Assembly: GCA_045627805.1 (NCBI GenBank)
Contig: JAZQOJ010000201.1
Span: 59,467 to 123,466 of the forward strand
Direction of reading: 5' to 3'
Source of the DNA: Bacteroidales bacterium
GTDB taxonomy: Bacteria > Bacteroidota > Bacteroidia > Bacteroidales > WCHB1-69
Length of the DNA stretch: 64,000 nucleotides
The translations under genes were made by a program, and so were the position numbers. The notes beneath the pieces were generated by a model. It saw only the letters and a program-made list of their open reading frames with translations. It made no database searches and had not been told where the DNA came from. Numbering within the stretch: position 1 is the stretch's first letter; each line of letters opens with the position of its first letter. Shown in pieces: positions 58,054 through 63,629 of this stretch.

Positions 58054-58512
58054 ATGAAAAAAAAGAAAATAGCCGCGATAATCATTGTTGCCGTTGTAAT
58101 AGCAATCATCGTGATCGTCTGTCTGTTGGTTTCAAAAAGAAAGAGATATTCCGCATATCAGGATTCACTCAAATATGATCCATCCGTGTTCCCGCTCAAG
58201 AAGGGAAGTAGAGGAAAAGAGGTGGAGGAAATTCAGAAATATATGAATGCCGTGTTCTCGTCAAAGATGTACAAAGAGAAATTTGGAGAACACGAACTTT
58301 TGGATGTGGATGGTATTTGGGGTGATAAAACCGAAGCCGCCGTCAACGGATTTATGGCGACATCTTCGATTGAAGAAGCGATGTACGGTTGTCTAATGAC
58401 TTATAAGAAATATAAGAATTTTGACAAGTTTTACGAAGCTGTCGAAAGCGGTAAGGAATCCTGTCAATACACCACCCCGTCAAGGTCTGTTACGGTTTCT
58501 GTCAATGGATGA
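58054..58512 (+). CDS. N-terminally anchored peptidoglycan-binding-domain protein
   Basis: TM IAAIIIVAVVIAIIVIVCLLV. KKGSRGKEVEEIQKYMN...VDGIWGDKTEAAVNGF is PG_binding_1-like. Confidence 0.65.
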   Translation: MKKKKIAAIIIVAVVIAIIVIVCLLVSKRKRYSAYQDSLKYDPSVFPLKKGSRGKEVEEIQKYMNAVFSSKMYKEKFGEHELLDVDGIWGDKTEAAVNGFMATSSIEEAMYGCLMTYKKYKNFDKFYEAVESGKESCQYTTPSRSVTVSVNG

Positions 58513-58548
58513 TTCGCCTTTCAATTGATGGTCGGTAAACGATAAAGA

Positions 58549-58953
58549 ATGAAAGATTTACAGATTCCAAAAGGAACCAAGCCAGAAGATGTAAAAAAAC
58601 GCTGTCAGATTATCAAATCACAGTTAAAAAAATTAAAGGGGAAAACAATCATTTGCCCTTGCTTAGGTAATGTTCCTGTTGACATATCTGCAAGAAGCAT
58701 AGATGAAATCTCGACACACGCAGCAAAAAAATATTCCTCCACCCTTGCCGCATTGGATATAAAAAATGCGATAAAAAAAGCAAGGTTTTTCAGAATGCAT
58801 ATACCTAAAGACAATATGCAGCAAAGGAAAATGGGATTTCTTTTCCTGTATGTATTAAAATGTGAATCTTCAAATGGAGAAACGATAAAAATAACTATTG
58901 GAGTAAGGGAACGCCCCATTAAATTCTTACAATACTGTATAACAGTAGAGTAA
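58549..58953 (+). CDS. Hypothetical 134-aa protein (possibly another small nuclease-like fold)
   Basis: VPVDISARSIDEISTHAAKK followed by beta-rich FLFLYVLKCESSNGETIKITIGV. Its layout resembles the 47949/59512 family loosely, and it is followed by the same downstream motif. Confidence 0.4.
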   Translation: MKDLQIPKGTKPEDVKKRCQIIKSQLKKLKGKTIICPCLGNVPVDISARSIDEISTHAAKKYSSTLAALDIKNAIKKARFFRMHIPKDNMQQRKMGFLFLYVLKCESSNGETIKITIGVRERPIKFLQYCITVE

Positions 58954-59026
58954 TAAAAAAAAGGTGGTTACTCTGAATCTTTCCCGACTATGATACTAGT
59001 CTTGTACCAACCACCAAAGGACGCTG

Positions 59027-59034
59027 CAAAAATA
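59027..59034 (-). promoter_or_regulatory. Minus-strand -7-like box (TATTTTTG, extended TTTGCAGCGT)
   Basis: The plus strand reads ACGCTGCAAAAATACAAAAT, 70 nt after the stop of 58549..58953. A GGTGGTT/AACCACC hairpin (58963-59016) lies between the box and that gene. Confidence 0.3.
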
Positions 59035-59319
59035 CAAAATAAAATCAAATTACAACATCCAATCAAAATATTTATGAAAAAGTCGAACACCAGCACCCGC
59101 GCAAGCAAGATCCTTCGTGAAAGCCGTAAGGAGTACCAGTCAATCCTACAGAAGAACATCAGCAAGCAAACCGGTAAAAAGAACGTCTGCAAGGCCGCTA
59201 AGGAGGCAAGCAAGCAGTACGACAAGATGAGTTGGGCCGAGGCACTCCGGATTGCCGCATCAAACGGAACCGGAACGAAGAAAGTGAAAAAGACGGCTTC
59301 CAAGCCGAAACATAAAAAG
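59027..59319 (+). repeat. 293-bp dispersed repeat, copy 1 (5' region and first ~80 codons)
   Basis: Aligns with 59965-60257 at a 938-nt offset with few substitutions. Covers the upstream motif, the RBS region and the codons for MKKSNTSTRASKILRESRKEYQSILQKN...KKVKKTA. Confidence 0.9.
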
Positions 59320-59511
59320 ACCAGTAAAAGAACAGAAGAAAGAATCTCTTATTTCAAGAGAATCGGAGTGACCTTTTTTGATGAGCTGCCAAAAGGTTGG
59401 AAACTTGATGAATCGGGCACAACAGCACCAAACGGATATGCGTGGTGCAATAACGGGGTGAGTAGATTTTCGAACCAATACCGTATCGCATTAGTGAAGA
59501 TTGATGAGTAG
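59074..59511 (+). CDS. Lys-rich basic protein, short form (145 aa)
   Basis: Start at ATG 59074. The N-terminal ~80 aa are nearly identical to those of 60012..61064. The unique C-terminus is PKGWKLDESGTTAPNGYAWCNNGVSRF. Confidence 0.6.
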   Translation: MKKSNTSTRASKILRESRKEYQSILQKNISKQTGKKNVCKAAKEASKQYDKMSWAEALRIAASNGTGTKKVKKTASKPKHKKTSKRTEERISYFKRIGVTFFDELPKGWKLDESGTTAPNGYAWCNNGVSRFSNQYRIALVKIDE

Positions 59512-59937
59512 GTGATGATAAGAGTGGGACGTCTAAGGAGAACTGTCGCAAATGCAGTCCGTAGAGAATGCGCTGACATCTATATTTCAGATAATTATGT
59601 AAAGCATATAGCAATTCATCATAAAAAGGAACTGATGCAGCTGGGTATAGAGGCCTTGGCCTACGTCAGAATAATTGTCTCTAATTTCAATCAAATCAGA
59701 AAGGGGACAGGAAATTCATTGTTATTGATTATGTGCAGCGATGAGATGAGCCATATTGCAGCAATTGAAATGAATTATTCAACTAAAGATGGATTTTGGG
59801 AAGTCAAAACAGCACAACCCCGATTGAAAACCAAGGTTGAAAAAAAAGAATTGCTGTGGGGAATTGCCCAAGTTCCCAAACGTTCCTGCAACGCTTCCCA
59901 TTTTCTATCAAAGACAAAAAAAGCAGGGTCTAAATAG
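59512..59937 (+). CDS. Second member of the 'KHIA.HH ... GFWEVKTA' family
   Basis: DNYVKHIAIHHKKELMQLGI, MNYSTKDGFWEVKTAQP and KKELLW are shared with 47949..48365. Confidence 0.5.
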   Translation: MMIRVGRLRRTVANAVRRECADIYISDNYVKHIAIHHKKELMQLGIEALAYVRIIVSNFNQIRKGTGNSLLLIMCSDEMSHIAAIEMNYSTKDGFWEVKTAQPRLKTKVEKKELLWGIAQVPKRSCNASHFLSKTKKAGSK

Positions 59938-59964
59938 TATGGCCATCAGACACAACAATTTTGG

Positions 59965-59972
59965 CAAAAATA
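59965..59972 (-). promoter_or_regulatory. Minus-strand -7-like box (TATTTTTG)
   Basis: The plus strand reads TTGGCAAAAATACAAAAT, 28 nt after the stop of 59512..59937. It is part of repeat copy 2. Confidence 0.25.
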
Positions 59973-60257
59973 CAAAATAAATTCAAATTCCAACATCAAA
60001 TCAAAATATTTATGAAAAAGTCGAACACCAGCACCCGCGCAAGCAAGATCTTACGGGAAAGCCGTAAGGAGTACCAGTCAATCCTACAGAAGAACATCAG
60101 CAAGCAAACCGGCAAAAAGAACGTCTGCAAGGCCGCAAAGGAGGCGAGCAAACAGTACGACAAAATGAGTTGGCCCGAGGCACTCCGGATTGCCGCATCA
60201 AACGGAACCGGAACGAAGAAAGTGAAAAAGACGGCCCCCAAGCCGAAACCTAAAAAG
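59965..60257 (+). repeat. 293-bp dispersed repeat, copy 2
   Basis: See copy 1. Confidence 0.9.
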
Positions 60258-61064
60258 TCGGTGGCTATCAAGCGCGACCGTTCCCAACGCAGTCTCGCCT
60301 TCAAAAAAATGGTGGCGGAAAAGAGGGCAAAAAGTTCTTGCTCACGTTCTGCCAAAATGTGTGACAGCAAAAAAAAAAACAATCGCGTACTAACCAATGA
60401 AAAGATCACCGAAATATTACTCAAGGTAGCGAGCGCCGAAACCCTTAGACCAGGAATGTGCTGCGTATATTGGGATGCCGAACAACAGAATATCGTATCG
60501 ACAGACGCACACATACTGTGTTGCGTTCATACGCATATCGCCGCCAAGGATCATCAAAGATTATTCACCACCAAAAGCAGACTGAACAAAATAATCAAAG
60601 GGTACGATCCGAGAGTTGACAAATTCCCACTTGAAAACTTGAAAAAACTGGAAGAGGGTACCGCTACTTGCAAAAACACAGGATTGCACTACCCTAAGTA
60701 TATGAACGTTATTCCACGTGACTATTCAACCAGTTTTACTGCGAATCTGTCGGATTTTTATGACGCAGCGGAAAAAAGCATAAAAAAGCCGAATGATCAT
60801 CCTGCTTTTGACAGAAACAAATCGCGAGTTTCCTTGAGGGTGCCAGGAACTGTGATCCAACTAAACGCGGAATTATTAAAGAAGTTTGTGAAAACACTTA
60901 TGGCCTTTGGCGAAAAAGCAACTGTAAAAATTGCTGCAAAAGATGAAGCACCACTACAGGCAGTGCTGTTTGAAGTAGGACAATGTACCGGACTGATTAT
61001 GCCATTATTTATTAGAGAAGAAGACATCACCTGCCAGAACTGCCAAATTCTTTCTCTAAAATAA
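60012..61064 (+). CDS. Lys-rich basic protein, long form (350 aa)
   Basis: Start at ATG 60012. It has the same basic N-terminal module, then a unique ~250-aa domain (…LRPGMCCVYWDAEQQNIVSTDAHILC…). Its last codons resemble the 3' ends of the downstream tandem genes. Confidence 0.6.
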   Translation: MKKSNTSTRASKILRESRKEYQSILQKNISKQTGKKNVCKAAKEASKQYDKMSWPEALRIAASNGTGTKKVKKTAPKPKPKKSVAIKRDRSQRSLAFKKMVAEKRAKSSCSRSAKMCDSKKKNNRVLTNEKITEILLKVASAETLRPGMCCVYWDAEQQNIVSTDAHILCCVHTHIAAKDHQRLFTTKSRLNKIIKGYDPRVDKFPLENLKKLEEGTATCKNTGLHYPKYMNVIPRDYSTSFTANLSDFYDAAEKSIKKPNDHPAFDRNKSRVSLRVPGTVIQLNAELLKKFVKTLMAFGEKATVKIAAKDEAPLQAVLFEVGQCTGLIMPLFIREEDITCQNCQILSLK

Positions 61065-61108
61065 TTCCAGGAATGAATCGTTAAAGTGAACAATCAAAAC
61101 GAAGTGTT

Positions 61109-61585
61109 ATGGCTATGAAGAAAGAATTGAAAAAAGTGAATTGGTACCGCGTCGAAGACGTGATCGTAATGGTTGGCGTGTTGCTTTTTATATTGGTATT
61201 GTGTAAAAAAATGGATGTAATTACATTCTTGTTTTCAGAAACCGGTGTTTTTTTGTTGTGTGTGTTAGTTGTTTTTTTATTAAAAAAAAACTATATCGGA
61301 GATACTGTAGTAGAAAATGAGACCGAGCACGATATTTATTCCAAAGACGAGGAATCGTCGAATGTGGTCGTGATTCCATCACACGAAAGAGTTTCCGGTA
61401 TCGACGGAATCAAGGTGGACGGTGTGGTTTACAAACTGTGTTCCGGAACCCACGTGGTAGTGAAGGAAAATGGGAAGGTGAGAACAAAATCCTTGACAGG
61501 AAAACTTGTCAACAACACCCGCGGCGGAAAAATATCATCCCCGCCGGATGAGGGTTGGAATAACCTATTTCTTTCTATAGCATAA
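61109..61585 (+). CDS. Two-TM protein with conserved C-terminal soluble domain, copy 1
   Basis: 158 aa. The N-terminal 19 aa and C-terminal ~95 aa are nearly identical among the copies, while the TM region (aa ~20-60) diverges. Confidence 0.7.
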   Translation: MAMKKELKKVNWYRVEDVIVMVGVLLFILVLCKKMDVITFLFSETGVFLLCVLVVFLLKKNYIGDTVVENETEHDIYSKDEESSNVVVIPSHERVSGIDGIKVDGVVYKLCSGTHVVVKENGKVRTKSLTGKLVNNTRGGKISSPPDEGWNNLFLSIA

Positions 61586-61629
61586 TTCCAGGAATGAATC
61601 GTTAAAGTGAACAATCAAAACGAAGTGTT

Positions 61630-62106
61630 ATGGCTATGAAGAAAGAATTGAAAAAAGTGAATTGGTACCGCGTCGAAGACGTGATTTTAATTGTTGGCGT
61701 GTTGTTTTTTATACTACTATTGTGTAAAAAAATAAATTATTTAACCTGGGTCTTTTCAGAGTTGAGCGCATTCTTTCTGTTATTTTTGATTACGTTTTCG
61801 TTGTTAAAACACTATATCGGAGATACTGTGGTGGAGAATGAGACTGATAAAGATATTTATGCCAAAGACGAGGAATCGTCAAATGTGGTCGTGATACCAT
61901 CACACAAAAGAGTTTCCGGTATCGACGGAATCAAGGTGGACGGTGTGGTTTACAAACTCTGTTCCGGAACACACGTGGTAGTGAAAGAGAACGGGAAGGT
62001 GAGAACAAAATCTTTGACAGGAAAACTTGTCAACAACACCCACGGCGGAAAAATATCATCCCCGCCGGATGAGGGTTGGAATAACATATTCCTTTCCATA
62101 GCATAA
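61630..62106 (+). CDS. Two-TM protein with conserved C-terminal soluble domain, copy 2
   Basis: 158 aa. Same pattern as copy 1. Confidence 0.7.
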   Translation: MAMKKELKKVNWYRVEDVILIVGVLFFILLLCKKINYLTWVFSELSAFFLLFLITFSLLKHYIGDTVVENETDKDIYAKDEESSNVVVIPSHKRVSGIDGIKVDGVVYKLCSGTHVVVKENGKVRTKSLTGKLVNNTHGGKISSPPDEGWNNIFLSIA

Positions 62107-62150
62107 TTCCAGGAATGAATCGTTAAAGTGAACAATCAAAACGAAGTGTT

Positions 62151-62621
62151 ATGGCTATGAAGAAAGAATTGAAAAAAGTGAATTGGTACCGCGTCGAAGA
62201 CGTGCTCGTAATTGTGGGCGTGTTGCTTCTAATATTAGTATTGTGTAAAAAAATAAATCCTTACACCTGGTTCTTTTCAGAGTTGAGTGCGGTTTTTCTG
62301 GTATTTGTAATTACGTTTTTGTTATTAGAACACTATATCGGAGATACAGTAGTGGAAAATGATACCGATCACGATATTTATGCCAAAGACGAGGAATCGT
62401 CGAATGTGGTCGTGATTCCATCACACAAAAGAGTTTCCGGCATCGACGGAATCAAGGTGAACGGTGTGGTTTACAAACTGTGTTCCGGAACCCACGTGGT
62501 GGTGAAAGAGAACGGGAAGGTGAGAACAAAATCTTTGACAGGAAAACTTGTCAACAACACCCACGGCGGGAAAATATCATCCCCTCCCGATGAAGGTTGG
62601 AACAACATATTCCAAGCTTGA
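62151..62621 (+). CDS. Two-TM protein with conserved C-terminal soluble domain, copy 3
   Basis: 156 aa. The C-terminus differs in the last 4-5 residues, where the array ends. Confidence 0.7.
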   Translation: MAMKKELKKVNWYRVEDVLVIVGVLLLILVLCKKINPYTWFFSELSAVFLVFVITFLLLEHYIGDTVVENDTDHDIYAKDEESSNVVVIPSHKRVSGIDGIKVNGVVYKLCSGTHVVVKENGKVRTKSLTGKLVNNTHGGKISSPPDEGWNNIFQA

Positions 62622-62643
62622 TTCAGGGCTTTCAGTTCAACAC

Positions 62644-62677
62644 AAAGGCGGATCTTCAACAGAAGTTCCGCCTTTTT
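62644..62677 (+). terminator. Rho-independent terminator
   Basis: AAAGGCGGA (62644-62652) pairs with TCCGCCTTT (62667-62675). An inner CTTC/GAAG stem extends the helix, and a T-run follows. Confidence 0.8.
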
Positions 62678-62681
62678 AATT

Positions 62682-62786
62682 TTGTAACCGATTTTGTAAC
62701 CGATTTGTAACTCGTTTTGTAACCTTGTAAAATATTGTAAATTAGAAATTTATATTGATTTTGTTGTGTTGGTTACAAAGTTACAA
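62682..62786. repeat. Iteron cluster 2: 4x TTGTAAC plus 2x TTGTAAA, an AT-rich spacer, then 2x GTTACAA; the inverted counterpart of cluster 1
   Basis: TTGTAAC at 62682, 62694, 62705 and 62717. TTGTAAA at 62725 and 62735. GTTACAA at 62772 and 62780. The terminal GGTTACAAAGTTACAAAAA is identical to the reverse complement of the start of cluster 1. Confidence 0.85.
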
Positions 62787-62880
62787 AAATTTTGCACGTT
62801 TTTATGCGTATAAAATCATCTTTAAGCAATAATTAAATGCTTAATGCGTTAAGTCTAAAATTTATTAAACTTCATTCAAA

Positions 62881-63627
62881 ATGGAACAGAGTAGAAATAA
62901 AAAGCCCATCATTATTGCGGCAGTTATTTTTGTATTACTGATAATCACAGTGGTTGTTCTGTGGATTCTAAAATCCGGAAATAAAAAATCGGAAGATTCT
63001 GGTAGTGTTGCTGTCAAAACTACAATTGATTCAACCAGCATGAATGTGAACAGTGATTCAATTAAATTCGTTAACTTCACCAGTTCTGATTTGATGATGC
63101 ACGGACTTCACGGAAAAGTGAGCCGTGTTGTCTATACTGAGGGCGAGGGTACTGTGACAGAAATATATGATGCCACCTTTGACACATTAGGAGTTTACGT
63201 TTCAGCAAAAGCAGGTCCCTATGGAGGGGTAAATACGGTCATTGAAAGAAATGGATCTGATCAAATAGTACATATTAAAGATCCTAAAGAGCCATACACA
63301 AGCGATGATATGTTTGACTACAAATACAAATATAATTCACAAGGACAGGTTAGCGCTGTTGAAGGTTTCGGTTGGGAGTGGCATGATAAATTCGATTATA
63401 TATGGGATGAAAATGGTTCCCTTAAAAAGAGTGGCACCGGTAGCGACGATGGGGGAAGTTGGGAATCAACCTCTACATTTCAATGCGTTGCATTTGACCA
63501 ATACCACAATTGGACGGAAGCCAAATGTACAGTTAAAAGTCGTAGCAAATTACATGGTGGTGATTATGGCGACTGGGAAACGAGAACTTTTAAGGTGAAA
63601 CGTGAAATAGAATATTTCCCAAGATAA
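62881..63627 (+). CDS. N-terminally anchored hypothetical protein (cargo position next to the integrase)
   Basis: TM IIIAAVIFVLLIITVVVLWIL, then a Gly/Asp/Trp/Tyr-rich, probably beta-rich domain. No family recognised. Confidence 0.55.
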   Translation: MEQSRNKKPIIIAAVIFVLLIITVVVLWILKSGNKKSEDSGSVAVKTTIDSTSMNVNSDSIKFVNFTSSDLMMHGLHGKVSRVVYTEGEGTVTEIYDATFDTLGVYVSAKAGPYGGVNTVIERNGSDQIVHIKDPKEPYTSDDMFDYKYKYNSQGQVSAVEGFGWEWHDKFDYIWDENGSLKKSGTGSDDGGSWESTSTFQCVAFDQYHNWTEAKCTVKSRSKLHGGDYGDWETRTFKVKREIEYFPR

Positions 63628-63629
63628 TC

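Larger units (their letters stand above)
61047..62625 (+). repeat. Three tandem 521-bp units, each carrying one gene
   Basis: Gene starts at 61109, 61630 and 62151 are exactly 521 bp apart. The 45-bp intergenic leader TAATTCCAGGAATGAATCGTTAAAGTGAACAATCAAAACGAAGTGTT is identical in all three. Confidence 0.95.

Noticed and set aside
4528-60011. N-terminal extensions in the ORF track at 4528, 41966, 49797, 50114, 50771, 51808, 52550, 54253, 54958, 57677, 58990 and 59961.
   Set aside because: The extensions use GTG or TTG starts, or run through terminator hairpins, promoter boxes or the preceding gene. Internal ATG codons directly after the upstream stop give sensible N-termini (signal or TM segments).
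61166-62331. A diversity-generating retroelement as the cause of the variable TM segments in the triple array.
   Set aside because: There is no reverse transcriptase and no template repeat in the element. The substitutions are not restricted to adenine positions.
45676-62786. The inverted iteron clusters as terminal inverted repeats of a protein-primed linear genome (tectivirus-like) or of a nested transposon.
   Set aside because: No family-B DNA polymerase, terminal protein or transposase is present. The clusters lie internal to the att-bounded element, and no target-site duplication is evident. The ori/crr-type interpretation fits better but is unproven.
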